DNA of 35,719 bases from positions 1 to 35,719 of the forward strand of contig JAQGDQ010001534.1 in the NCBI GenBank assembly GCA_030141605.1, given 5' to 3'. Below the pieces are notes generated by a model. The model was not told where the DNA came from, did no database searches, and was given only the letters and a program-made list of their open reading frames with translations. The number at the start of each line of letters is the position of its first letter. The first letter of the stretch is position 1. Below are positions 24,503-35,719 of the stretch, piece after piece. This DNA is from Tubiluchus corallicola (lineage: Eukaryota > Animalia > Priapulida). The position numbers and the translations under genes were made by a program.

Positions 24503-24710
24503 CTTCACTGTTTATTCTTGAAAATCAATTCTAGAAATAAGAATAAGATGGTTGTGGTTTTTTCTAATAAAATTAAAAGAGTATAGATATTTATAAGAAA
24601 GGAATATATTTTGTCTAAAACTTTCAGTCCACTTAAAATGAATAAAGTTTAAAGGTTATGTAATTAAGTAGATATTTTCATTTTATTGAGCTTGTATGCA
24701 ATTTTTAATA

Positions 24711-25165
24711 CAGTGTTCCCTCGCTACTTCGCGGTTCGTTTATCGTGGACTCGCTGTTTCGCGGGTTTTCAAAAATATTAATGTAAAATATTTATCGAGG
24801 TATTTTAGCTGTTTCGCGGGTTTTTGCGGTACTCCATCTAAAGTATTTTTGCACAAGCGTAGTACGTAAGGTATAGATGTTATGAATTTTGCATAAAAAC
24901 GACAAAATGTATAAAAATATATTAAAAATATTAATTCTAACATTAAAAGAATATTATAAATCATAAAAAATTACCATTTACAGCAAACAGTGTATTTATT
25001 CGGCAGATGAATACACATCAAAAATGAAATGTAGTACTCGCGCCCGCTTGAGATGCTACTTGCCGACGTGAGACTACTAAAATAAGTATAGCCCCTACTT
25101 CGCAGAAATTTACTTATTACTGGTGGGCCTGAAATGGAACACCTGTGATAAGTGACGGAACACTG
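24711..25165. mobile_element. Tigger-like MITE
   Basis: TA-CAGTGTTCCCTCGCTACTTCGCGG ... CCTGTGATAAGTGACGGAACACTG-TA; imperfect TIRs with TA TSD. Confidence 0.85.
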
Positions 25166-25963
25166 TATTTTAATTCTCCTGTTTTTGACAAGCAACAAAG
25201 GGCTCGCTTTAAACTATTTGTTAACGAAATGAAAATATAAAATCAGCGATGATCCACACAAATTTGTTACAGTAATGTACATTTCATTCAAGATTTGTCT
25301 GCAATAGGAGTGATGGAACTGTGTACAAGCTTAATGAAACAAAATATCTAAGATTTTAAATTTCCATTCCGATAAGATGTCATATTCATACTTAATTATA
25401 CCCAAGTGTGCGATCATAACCACCATGCACTATCCCGTGTGAAATGCAACGACAGGCAAGTGATATTCACAAGTATAAACTATTAGAAAATTGTGGTGCA
25501 CACTTATTTTAAAATATTTAAGCAAAATAAACAAAATTAAAATAACTTATAACAGTAGAACTTCAGCGCATTTGAACAACAGTAAAATAATTTTAAGATA
25601 TGCATCAAGGAAAGGCCAATTCAATGAAACGAGCTAATGCAGTGCAATATTTTTCAATAGGTACTCATTTTTACACCTTTTTTTACAAATTGGCCAACCT
25701 ACTAATAGGACAGCAGCAGAACTAAAAGTAAAACCGCTTATTATTAATCAAGTCCAAACAAAAAGTAAGGATGCTTTGAACCTTAACTTCGTCACAACCA
25801 ACGCATGCATGCAACTTACAAAATAAATTACGAAAAACTCATGAACAAATATTAGATCAACTGGCTAAACTACTTTAATGCACTATTCAGCATTTTGCAT
25901 TTAATTATTTTAGAAAACAACAACAATGACAAAAATCACGTAGGAATGAGTAATAGCGCATAC

Positions 25964-26040
25964 CTTTCGTCTGTGTTATTATTTGTTTTTCAGCAAAGAC
26001 TTATAATGATTTCTATCCGAAGTTCCAGCGCATCCACAAT
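25964..26040 (-). other. CHMP1A: Putative non-coding first exon of CHMP1A
   Basis: The start-codon exon (24530-24487) is preceded by a ttatttctag acceptor. A good donor AAG|gtatgc lies at 25964. The 5' end is approximate. Confidence 0.5.
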
Positions 26041-26978
26041 GACCGTGTCTCTATATACAGTGGTCCCTCATGCATATGAATAACCTGTGCACTACTTGAA
26101 CGGTCTTAAAGGAGAATCTGTTTTGTAGTAAATTTTTTATCGTCCATGAACTTCCTATTATCAATCTATTAATAAGTCTATTTGTCATTTCGTTTTCGAA
26201 ATAGATTGTCAACAAAATGCAAATTATTATAGAAATTTGAACTGTAATTCTCCTCAGCGAGTAAGGTCGTCATCTAATCAGAGACATTAACATGCATTAC
26301 TGAAAATGGTCAAACGTATTTCCCTAGAAGACTGTGCGACAGATGTTGATTTGCTGCTATTTGTTTTGGCATGCTTCTCAACATGAAAATGGCTTTTTTT
26401 CAAAAAATGACTGAATGCACCCACTAGACAATACATTAACCATTTTATTTTTTTCAAATTAACTTGCAAACAGAAGAGATGACATTAACTAAATATTTAA
26501 TTACCTTCGACTAACCATTTTTCTGACAGAATTTATCAAAATAATGTATGGCAATAAACAAAGCAAAAAGAACAACTCACAATAAAGCTAATTTAGCATG
26601 TTTAAAACAAATCATTAACTCAGTAACACTAGGTAACATGATATTTCTTTAGACCAATTTATTCTGTTTATCGACGTATGTGTGGTAACAGAAAGCATTT
26701 CAACCTGTAATTTCAACTTTTAATCCTCTGTATTTGCAGATATATTTTGTCATTTTGTGTAGACTTATATGTGTTTTTTCAGCTCCTTTATATTTTTATT
26801 GCTTCTGGCACGGACCAGATGTTAAGCACGTATGAAAATCTTAAATTGGCAAAATTGGAAAATTACTCGCGATAGTGACACGGATGGCGTAACGCTTTGT
26901 CTACAACACCAGAACATGTCTAGTAACACAAACATACAATAGCTTGCACAAATAAATAAATATTGAGCGACTTTCGTC

Positions 26979-29195
26979 ATATATATATATATATATAATA
27001 ATCTTTATTTGCCATTAAAAACATTGATAATCACTGATAAAAACTTTATAGAGATAATCAATCAGTGTTAGTTAATAAAAACTTACACTGCTGAAGGCAA
27101 ATGCGTCAGTGCAATCTAAACTACTGTGCAGTAATGACGAATAAAATCAAACATATTTACAACCATATACAAAAAAATAAAAAATAAAAAAAAACAAACT
27201 ATGATTTAATTAATATGGCCGTGGGTATATGAATTCTGAATTAGTGTGTATGTTGTCGTACTGGTGTGATGGCATTTCATATCTGGTTAATATTAGTGAT
27301 TTTAATTTTGTTTTAAATGCTGACAGGGACTTGATTTGTTTAACCTGTAATGGTAGAGAATTCCAAAGTAAAATTGCTTGTTTGATTACAGAGTTCGTTC
27401 CATAGTGGGTATTTGTCCTAATTTGTTTTAGATTGCTTGTTCTGGAATTAACGATAGGATTTGGAAAAAAGGTAAATCTGTTATTCTGGAATGGTTTGCT
27501 GATGTTGTTAATGTATTTAAATATAAAGAGCAGAGTAAAATATTCTTTGTGTGCTTCAATGATTGGGAATTTTAAAGTTTTTCTCAGGTTAGTTGTTGAA
27601 GTTTTGAATTTTTGTCTACCTGCCTTGTGTTTGTATGAGTACCCAGCTATCAATCTCAACGCATAGTTTTGAAGGAGATTTAATTTTAAGTAATTTTCTC
27701 TTTTGGTTTTTTGAAGTAGCGTACATCCATATAAGAAGTGTGGTAGAACTAAAGTTTTATATATTAGTGTTTTAGTTTCCTTTGTTAGTTGCCCTTTAAC
27801 TTGTCGGAGATATGATGTGCTAGATGCCATTTTTGTGTATATGTTATTAAAGTGATCATCCCATGAAAGATTATTGTCTACTTGTATGCCCAGGAATTTA
27901 ACATTGTTAGTTTGTTTGATTACAGCATTATCTATTGTCAAAGTGGTTGATGATGCATCATTAGTATTTAATGAGGGTGACAGTATCATGAATTCTGTTT
28001 TGTCATTATTCATTTTTAGCTTGTAATGACTAAATGCCATATTTATATTTTTTATATCTTCTTCTAAATAATTTTTTGCAGTTTGGACATTTTCATGGGC
28101 TATGTAGATTGTAGTGTCATCAGCGTATTGCGTTATTTGTGAGTGTTTTAATACACTGGATATGTTGTTTATATATAGGCAAAATAATAACGGACCTAGT
28201 AGTGTTCCTTGCGGTATACCTCTGTTTAACGTGGCCCAGTCAGAAAAGTTGGTTGTATCTAACTTTACTCGTTGTTGTCTATCTTTGAGATAATTTTGTA
28301 TCAGTTTTAACGATATCGAATCTAATCCGATTTGTTTTAAATTATCGTAAAGTAGTTCGTGATTAATGCTATCGAAAGCTTTACTTAAATCCAAAAATGC
28401 TGCTAAAATGTATTGCTTGTTGTCTAAACTATGTCTCCAATTTTCTGTTGTGTGTATTAGGGCGTCAATGGTTGAATGGTGTTTACGGAAGCCAAACTGA
28501 TGTTTTGATAAAAGTTCATGTTTATTTACATATGAATTTATCTGATCATAAATTACCCTTTCCCAAACTTTGCCGAAACAATGGATTACGGAAATTGGGC
28601 GATAATTCATGGGATCACATTTTGGATCTTTTTTATGGATTGGAGTCACGTTTGCCATTTTACATACCGTTGGAAATTCGCCTCTCATAATTATCTGATT
28701 AGCAATGTAAGTCATATGCGGGGCTATTACAGAAGCGCTATCTTTTAGAATTTTGATAGGAATATCTGATGGTCCACTCCCTTTGTTGGAACTTAGGTTA
28801 TTTAATATGTCGTTAATTTCTCCTACTGTGACGCTTTTGAATGAGAATACTGTGTTAGACGATTTGTTTTTTAATTTGTTAATTATATTATTGCTAATAT
28901 GAGAAGCCATTCCCTTAAAATTTCCAAGATTCAGGAATATTGCATTTAGCGCGTTGGCAATATCTTTGGGTTTTGTAATAACAGTGTTGTTGATCTTAAT
29001 TTCGTCAACACGCGTTAGTTTGTTACGACATTTATTTATTACATTGTTAATAATTTTCCATTTTTCTTTAGTATTTGTTGCGTTTTTACATTGTTGTTGT
29101 ATATGTTTATTTTTCAAGCATTTATTAAGATTATTAAATTGATTTCTCTTTTTTTTATAATTGTTATGATTGTATTTAGTTTTGTTCTTTTCCCA
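26979..29195 (-). mobile_element. 5'-truncated CR1-group (Crack/L2-like) LINE, recent
   Basis: Uninterrupted RT-containing frame from ~29195 to 27210, a 3' UTR with AATAAA (27009-27004) and an (AT)n tail. No endonuclease domain. Confidence 0.93.
27210..29117 (-). CDS. LINE ORF2 reverse transcriptase, N-terminally truncated (the TTG start is not a true start)
   Basis: Motifs NYRPIS, QFGFR, AFLDLSKAFDSI, GIPQGTLLGPLLF, QYADDT, KFLGIQVDNNLSW. Confidence 0.93.
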   Translation of the reverse strand: MKNKHIQQQCKNATNTKEKWKIINNVINKCRNKLTRVDEIKINNTVITKPKDIANALNAIFLNLGNFKGMASHISNNIINKLKNKSSNTVFSFKSVTVGEINDILNNLSSNKGSGPSDIPIKILKDSASVIAPHMTYIANQIIMRGEFPTVCKMANVTPIHKKDPKCDPMNYRPISVIHCFGKVWERVIYDQINSYVNKHELLSKHQFGFRKHHSTIDALIHTTENWRHSLDNKQYILAAFLDLSKAFDSINHELLYDNLKQIGLDSISLKLIQNYLKDRQQRVKLDTTNFSDWATLNRGIPQGTLLGPLLFCLYINNISSVLKHSQITQYADDTTIYIAHENVQTAKNYLEEDIKNINMAFSHYKLKMNNDKTEFMILSPSLNTNDASSTTLTIDNAVIKQTNNVKFLGIQVDNNLSWDDHFNNIYTKMASSTSYLRQVKGQLTKETKTLIYKTLVLPHFLYGCTLLQKTKRENYLKLNLLQNYALRLIAGYSYKHKAGRQKFKTSTTNLRKTLKFPIIEAHKEYFTLLFIFKYINNISKPFQNNRFTFFPNPIVNSRTSNLKQIRTNTHYGTNSVIKQAILLWNSLPLQVKQIKSLSAFKTKLKSLILTRYEMPSHQYDNIHTNSEFIYPRPY

Positions 29196-29247
29196 TTATA
29201 TCATCACATGCGTTAGAGTCATCTGCTTCATGAATTTCATCTACGAT

Positions 29248-30816
29248 TTATGAGACAGTCAAATTGGAAACAGTAGCTACTCTTTGGACAGGATAAGGAG
29301 CTTTACACTTTCCAAACCACCATTCGCGCAACTGATTTCTTGTGTACGCTTCTTTCTGTGTTAATGGTTGTTCGTGCAACTTTCTACACAAATCACACCA
29401 GTGGGTCGGATGGACAGGAACATGATCCGCAGGGCTTTTTAATTCCCTCGGATTTGGAAATCGTATAAAAACTTTATATTTCATTTTCCACGCGAGGTAA
29501 CTGTAATATTCAGTATCGTTCATGTTTTTTAAATACTCTGCCAGATGCTTTGGTGAAGCAAAATCTTCTATGTTAATGTAAGAATGTGGCGGAAGAATTT
29601 TGCTGTAGTCAATGCCACCCAAAACAATTGGAACCACGTTATACATCATTGGACCAAAAACCTTCTCTGTAACATAGTCAACACATCTGGAATTCTCAAA
29701 TGCCAGGTAGAATTTGTATTTTTCTTCGAGCAGTTTGTAACATATCTGCATGCCACGACACTTAAGAGTACCACACCTTCCGTACTTGTCTATTTTGATG
29801 TGCTTTTCTAATTCCTTAACGTAATTTTCTCGCCTGCTCCATGTTTGGCAGTTACTCACAAACCAAGCGACAAGTTTCATTTTGTTTTTTGCAATGCTTT
29901 CGTTCATGAACCTTTTTTGCTCTAAATAGTCAAATGTTCGTGGAATGATTTCACCGTAACGTTGTACAATGTCTGAATCTAATCGATATGTCATTGTCCA
30001 ATTAAACAGTCTATCCATATATTTAAAACTATTTGGGCTGTACAGAGGTGATTCCATTAAATAAAACACCCACACTTGGTTGGAAGGGCGATATGTAGGT
30101 ATTTTGTACCACTTGCTTCTTAGATGTACTATAACTGCGTCACTCAAATTTAAGAGAGATTTGTCGTTTGTGGTATAGCAATTGGAATACTCTACTGGAC
30201 AGTGTTTTAAAAATGGTTTTCTTCCAAAACCAAACATGAAGTCTATGCCAACTTTACTTCGATATAATGAATTCCAAAACAAAATCAGTTTAGTTTCGTT
30301 GACAATTCTTGAGGGTGACACCTCTTCACTTGGTAGCAGGTCAGTCTCATTGATGATTCTTGATGGAGACGTCTTTTCATTTGCTATCAGTTTGGTCTCA
30401 TTGACGATTCTTGACGGTGACACCTTTTCACTTGGTAGCAGTTTAGTCTCATTGACGACTCGTTGCTGGGACACTTCTTCATTTGGTGACGGTTTAGTCT
30501 CGACGATTCGTGGCTGTGGCTTCACTTTAGTTGGTGGCAGTTTTGTCTCATTGAAGGTTCTTGACTGAAACAACTCTTCGAATGATGCTGGTTTAGTCTT
30601 AGTGACGTTTAGCTTTGACAACTTTTCCAATAATTGTTTAATTCGGTTGCTTCTTAAACTCACTGTTTTCCATCGCATGGGCTCAGAATTGGTCAGAAGT
30701 AATAAAGTCAGAGCCAGACATACGGCTGTTAACAGGAAAAGAAATACTCTCTTAAAGCAGCACGAATATTTCTTAACCAAAAACTCTAAAGCAATCCTTG
30801 TGATCATTGCGACCAT
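29248..30816 (-). CDS. Alpha-1,3-fucosyltransferase (glycosyltransferase family 10), single coding exon, 522 aa
   Basis: Type II TM segment (VFLFLLTAVCLALTLLL), stem, then ILFW, WVFYLMESP, FNWTMTYRLDSDI, VAWFVSNC, YKFYLAFENSRCVDYVTEK, VVPIVLG and YLAWK motifs of GT10. Confidence 0.97.
   Translation of the reverse strand: MVAMITRIALEFLVKKYSCCFKRVFLFLLTAVCLALTLLLLTNSEPMRWKTVSLRSNRIKQLLEKLSKLNVTKTKPASFEELFQSRTFNETKLPPTKVKPQPRIVETKPSPNEEVSQQRVVNETKLLPSEKVSPSRIVNETKLIANEKTSPSRIINETDLLPSEEVSPSRIVNETKLILFWNSLYRSKVGIDFMFGFGRKPFLKHCPVEYSNCYTTNDKSLLNLSDAVIVHLRSKWYKIPTYRPSNQVWVFYLMESPLYSPNSFKYMDRLFNWTMTYRLDSDIVQRYGEIIPRTFDYLEQKRFMNESIAKNKMKLVAWFVSNCQTWSRRENYVKELEKHIKIDKYGRCGTLKCRGMQICYKLLEEKYKFYLAFENSRCVDYVTEKVFGPMMYNVVPIVLGGIDYSKILPPHSYINIEDFASPKHLAEYLKNMNDTEYYSYLAWKMKYKVFIRFPNPRELKSPADHVPVHPTHWCDLCRKLHEQPLTQKEAYTRNQLREWWFGKCKAPYPVQRVATVSNLTVS
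30286..30615 (-). repeat. Coding 51-bp (17-aa) tandem repeat in the fucosyltransferase stem, ~6.5 units
   Basis: SRTFNETKLPPTKVKPQ / PRIV-ETKPSPNEEVSQ / QRVVNETKLLPSEKVSP / SRIVNETKLIANEKTSP / SRIINETDLLPSEEVSP / SRIVNETKL, preceded by a more diverged KLNVTKTKPASFEELFQ. Confidence 0.9.
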
Positions 30817-30945
30817 TTATAATGTAACGATGTAAGTGAATTCGGCTGAGGAATTAAGGCCTTGTCAACATCATCTAGGCAGCTTGGTCCATGAGCTTCT
30901 CACTGGAACACATTACATGTTAGTACGCATGGCAGCACATCACAT

Positions 30946-31003
30946 TACTTTACTTTACTTCCCTTTGCTTAGCTTTGCTTTGCTTTGCTTGGCTTGGCTT
31001 GGC
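30946..31003. repeat. Pentanucleotide microsatellite (CTTTA/CTTTG/CTTGG)n
   Basis: Directly visible. Confidence 0.85.
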
Positions 31004-33727
31004 TATACAGGGCTTTGTGATATACAATTATGTATGCTGGAATATACAGTACTTTTTCTAGTTTCCGGAAAACAAATTACAAATAACTCCTAAAGTTAAA
31101 ATACAGCAAAAATGTCACCAGATCCAGGTAACACAAAACATAATCGAACATTTTTTAATTTTCTGCCACTAATCTCCTGCTGTACTTCCCATAAAAACGC
31201 GGCTATACTGAGCAAGCTGCTACAAGCTCGCCTCTATTAGAATGGCATGAAAGCAATAACTTACATGTTACCAGAAGTCTTTACTCTACAACATTATAGT
31301 ATACAAATGTTCAATGTGTGCTTCCCTTATATTATTAACAATGTTATGTTTAACTTACACCTATCCTAAACCTGTAATGTAAACGCTGAAAGATGTTCAA
31401 TTTGCAACATATTGAACTCTACAATCCACCATATTGCTACACGTTATAAGCGATGTAACCGAACAAAACAATTGCAGCTTAGTCAATTAAAAGATTTTCA
31501 CTAAAGTTAGTAAACATGCAACAGACTTGAACAGACCACAGACAGATGAACAGCAAAACAAGCCAACAACATTCACGCTTATATACTGGAACCTACATTT
31601 AATACACATAAATATTGATATAACGCCATTAACATTAATGAAAATTTGCAAGTCAAAAAAATGAAGTACAATATGTGTAACAGCCGTGACAGCTATCACA
31701 GCATGGTTAATGTTGCGAAGGTGGTTAGATTAGATATTTAAATGATGCAAGGACAGAAAGGACAAAAGAACTAGCAAGAGACTGAAATAGAGAAATTACG
31801 TAAATGGACGTATGAAATCAATGCATGTCGCTCTTGCAAGAAGAAAATTGAAAATATAAAAATGAAGTCAAATAAAGTCAAAAGACATTTGTACGACTAA
31901 ATGGCAATGCAATGCCAATGACAAATGACGTAATTATAATTAATAACTGTTATATTGTTGCTTTAGTATAAAATTTTTTGAAAGCAGACAGTACTGTTAC
32001 TACGTTATATTGCCATATCAAGTCATACTCGGCAAAAGATTTGTTTGTAGATAAAGGTTTGATTGCAAACTGACTCGTACAAAATTTGCTCGCTCACGGC
32101 AACTTTGTATAAAGCAAACTGTGTCTTGTTTAACATCAGTAAATCATTATTATATGACGCCTGACTAAATCGTTGTTTGGCTTGGTTTTATTGGTTTGAC
32201 TTGTTTTGGACACACTTCAGACACATTTAGTGATTGCATTCTTGAGCTCGAGCGGGTGCCAATGGCAATGTTATTCATTATTTGCGTTTTACCTGTGTTC
32301 ATTGTAAGTCTAAGTAGCTAAATGGCCGCTGTCTAATATTGTCTCTTGAACAAGCACATTTAAGGCAGTTAACATTCACTCTTCCCAGAAACTTTTAAAT
32401 TAGCTTTTATATTCTTAACATTAATATTAGTGACCTTTCATCTGTTTTAAGTCATTCATGTTAATGTAATTATCCACTTAATTAAATTTTAAAATTGTGT
32501 TTTACTGTATTTTGTGTATCTCAAACGTTTTTATTAAATAAATTTTACCGCTTAAACAGAGATTTATTAACAAAAATTTTAGTAACTGATCTTTGTTTTA
32601 TTTTTTATTTTACGAAGTGTTTTATAATTTGTCTGATTTAATACTTTTGCCCAATTTTGTTTAATTTTTTTTCTTAGGATTAATTTTGCAAAGAACTTTA
32701 ACCTGTTCAATTTAGTACTTTTATCTGACTTTTGCTTTCAGTCCGATTCTAATTACACGAAGTATTTTATGATTCACCAGTTTCAGGACTTTAGTCATTT
32801 TTTATTTTTGTGCAATTTTAATGTTTTCTATTCATAGTATTTTAATTACTACTAACATACACTATTATGGAAATATTGTGCTTGCAATTCAACGTGCTCC
32901 GTGTAAAAAGCAAAATTCTATTTTAATCTATTCTAATTTCTTATGCGAGAGACGATAAATAAAATTTAATTATTACTATGTGCGACAAAGTCGGAAAAAC
33001 ACGCTTATAGAGCACGTACTTGAGAAAAAGTCAGGGTCAGTCAAATTGTTGCCGGTACAATTTGCCTCCCGTCCCTCGCTCATTGGCGATTCTATTAAAT
33101 AACCAAATTAGTATTGCTAATAGGACGTGATAAAAGTATTAAACTTGATGGGTGTGCCACTGGAGCATCGTTTTTTACTTACTATAAACACTTGTAACGG
33201 TCAAACCTATATGAATCTATCGTTTTACATGTTAATGATGGAATACCTAATGCAAGCATGACAGGTTAATTTCCAAGAAAGCGAAGATTTGCTCACGCTG
33301 TTTAGCGATCATATCACACAAGGTGATGCTCCTGACCAACTAAGATTTACCTCGTTATTTAAAAGAAAAACCAGCCTTTTATTTTAATATCTCCTAAAAA
33401 ATATTGAAATTACAGCACAATATACGCGCATAAAATTCCTTGCTAAAATGCAAAAGAAATTTAAATCATTCGTATCTTCTGCCAAACAGATCTTGCTGCG
33501 GACATATTTGGTAAAAATAACGTAAGCTAGTGCACGGAAAACATAATGGTACACACGTAACAAAGCTTCTGCAGTTCACTCAGAAATTCTGGTGTTCTAA
33601 CTGTCTAAATATTTGTGTTTAACTGTGTGTATGGTAAACGGATCGTGTTGGTCAGTTAGCTTCAGTTCACAGGATTTATACATTTTTAATATACATGTAC
33701 CTCAATATGCGTAAGCAGTGCACATTA

Positions 33728-34182
33728 CATTGATAATGACAGATAAAAATTATTTTTCAAATTTATTATCAATTATTTTTCAAATCAAATATATATATAT
33801 ATATATATGACACCCTTAATTGGTCAACATAAAAAATATTACCTACAAAGTAAGCAAAGTTATAGGTATATTTTTTAAATTGAGGCATTACTTGAGCACG
33901 GATATCCAAAAAATGATTTACTTTGCCGTTGTGTACCCATTCAGTAACTATTGTATCCTGTCGTGGGGCACAACATAAAAATCTGTTCTGAAATCACTTA
34001 CAGCAGCACATAACAAAATTATCAAAACAATGACTTTTGCTGGGTTCCGAGATCACGCTACCCCTTCTTATTATGCTTTACAATTATTAAAAATAAATGA
34101 AATTCTTAAGCTTGAGTTAGCGAAATTCATGTTCAACTGTAAAAAGGGCATTCTACCTAAATTATACAGCAATTATTTCAGA
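33728..34182. repeat. Left arm of a long inverted duplication (partner 35265-35719, running off the window)
   Basis: Reverse complement of 35265-35719; no mismatches seen by eye, including the (AT)n length. Confidence 0.97.
33812..34182 (+). mobile_element. CR1-group LINE ORF2 C-terminal fragment (inverted duplicate)
   Basis: KVSKVIGIFFKLRHYL...MIYFAVVYPFSNYCILSWGTT*...DHATPSYYALQLLKINEILKLELAKFMF. Confidence 0.85.
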
Positions 34183-34188
34183 CATCTA

Positions 34189-35636
34189 AATAATCATAAT
34201 CATAATCTTTTTTATTTATCTTGCAACACACGCACAGTTATAAAACAACTAATTTGAAAAAAATGTGAAAAAAGGGCAGCGAAAGACCAATTGGTCATCT
34301 AATCAGCTGCCCTTTGCTTAGTGATGAACATTTTTATAAGCGCTGTGCTACAGTGTATTAATGTTATTACTGCTTATAATAAAGATTTAATTGTTACAAA
34401 TGACATTAAATTGATATGCTTATAACGTGTTAATACAATTCATACGCAGTAATAATAAGTGCATAATAAAAAAATCAAACAAGAACTGAAAATAAAAATC
34501 TGACAACGGAAACATAAGAACAATGGCAACTGAAATATACTTCATGACACAAGCATAATTCTGTGACAGTCAAAAAATAACTTATCACGTAAATAATAGA
34601 ACTGAGAATCAGGTTTATCTATATATTAGGATATTGAAGTATATTAAACTGGGCGTTAATTTTCATGCACAGGCATACAGAAGTTATAATTTACATAACA
34701 AAAAGCGTATCATACGGGGAAAAAGCAACCGGAATAAAAAACTACATTGTAAACAATATTGTAAGTTATGTGTTATAGGTAGTCGTGCATAAACAAGCGA
34801 ATGTATAATGGAGTTATTAAAAAATTACAAAACGATTTTTTATTGCCTGTATGACTGCATCAGGAGATTGACAATTGGAGTCCAGACTTTGAAATTGATC
34901 TACAGGAGTTAGACAATAAACAAATTAAATATTGAAGTTAATTGAACCTGCTATAACAGTAATTGCTCTTGCACGCAGTTAGACAATTTATTATAGTGGG
35001 CAAAAGGGATAAAAGTTGTTGCAAAATACTGTGCGCTTATATGTAGTTAATCTCGGTAATAAGTTTGTAAGAGTTGATGTTTATATAATTTACTCAAGTG
35101 ACAGATACTAGTTGATTGCTTAAGATCATCTGAAAGAGTATTCCATAGAATTGTACCATTGTATTTTAAAGTTTGTAGACCTTTTGTTGTGTTAAATCTT
35201 TCCTGAAAATTTTTTTGTTTGATAGATGCGCTCGTATAGAATACTGATGAACGTGACTAATCTTTCTGAAATAATTGCTGTATAATTTAGGTAGAATGCC
35301 CTTTTTACAGTTGAACATGAATTTCGCTAACTCAAGCTTAAGAATTTCATTTATTTTTAATAATTGTAAAGCATAATAAGAAGGGGTAGCGTGATCTCGG
35401 AACCCAGCAAAAGTCATTGTTTTGATAATTTTGTTATGTGCTGCTGTAAGTGATTTCAGAACAGATTTTTATGTTGTGCCCCACGACAGGATACAATAGT
35501 TACTGAATGGGTACACAACGGCAAAGTAAATCATTTTTTGGATATCCGTGCTCAAGTAATGCCTCAATTTAAAAAATATACCTATAACTTTGCTTACTTT
35601 GTAGGTAATATTTTTTATGTTGACCAATTAAGGGTG
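34189..35636 (-). mobile_element. Degenerate 5'-truncated CR1-group (Crack-like) LINE with long 3' UTR
   Basis: Same C-terminal peptide continuing KISHVHQYSIR.. toward a W-N-L motif. 3' stem-loop AAAGGGCAGC..GACCAATTGGTC..GCTGCCCTTT (34271-34315), AATAAA (34216-34211) and (ATTATG)n tail. Confidence 0.8.
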
Positions 35637-35719
35637 TCATATATATATATATATATATTTGATTTGAAAAATAATTGATAATAAATTTGAAAAATAATTT
35701 TTATCTGTCATTATCAATG
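35265..35719. repeat. Right arm of the inverted duplication
   Basis: Reverse complement of 33728-34182. Confidence 0.97.

Noticed and set aside
26058-26085. TA-CAGTGGTCCCTC, a possible Tigger-type TIR near the CHMP1A promoter
   Set aside because: No matching second TIR found by eye.
29584-30835. + strand ORFs overlapping the fucosyltransferase (also those over the LINE at 27433-29142)
   Set aside because: Antisense shadows of real minus-strand coding frames.

Overview
AT-rich genomic DNA from an invertebrate animal, with spliceosomal introns, microsatellites, LINEs, SINE heads and MITEs; nothing prokaryotic and no CRISPR. From left to right: (1) compound microsatellites; (2) a decayed multi-exon WD40 gene resembling WDR27 on the - strand; (3) a ~6.2-6.4 kb tandem duplication (units ~3314-9682 and ~9679-15802). 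Each unit carries the 5' exons of the WDR27-like relic head-to-head with a small LRAT/H-box-NC (permuted NlpC/P60) gene most like plant PSE1/NC-domain proteins. Copy B is complete (159 aa, MGxxxS start). Copy A has an intact catalytic exon but lacks its promoter and start exon, and a third relic tail lies beside it. (4) An intact CHMP1A-like ESCRT-III gene with 7 coding exons (- strand), with Tigger/pogo, piggyBac-type and RTE remnants in or beside it; (5) a young 5'-truncated CR1-group LINE sitting ~50 bp past the stop of (6) an intronless GT10 alpha-1,3-fucosyltransferase with a repetitive N-glycosylated stem; (7) an apparently perfect inverted duplication that runs off the right edge. The strongest signal is the LRAT pair: 27 of 75 C-terminal codons are replaced, many at 2-3 nucleotides, with only 5 silent differences, while the N-terminal half is nearly identical. 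This suggests a diversifying, possibly defence-related enzyme family. All alignments and counts were done by eye, and family names come from recalled motifs, not database searches.
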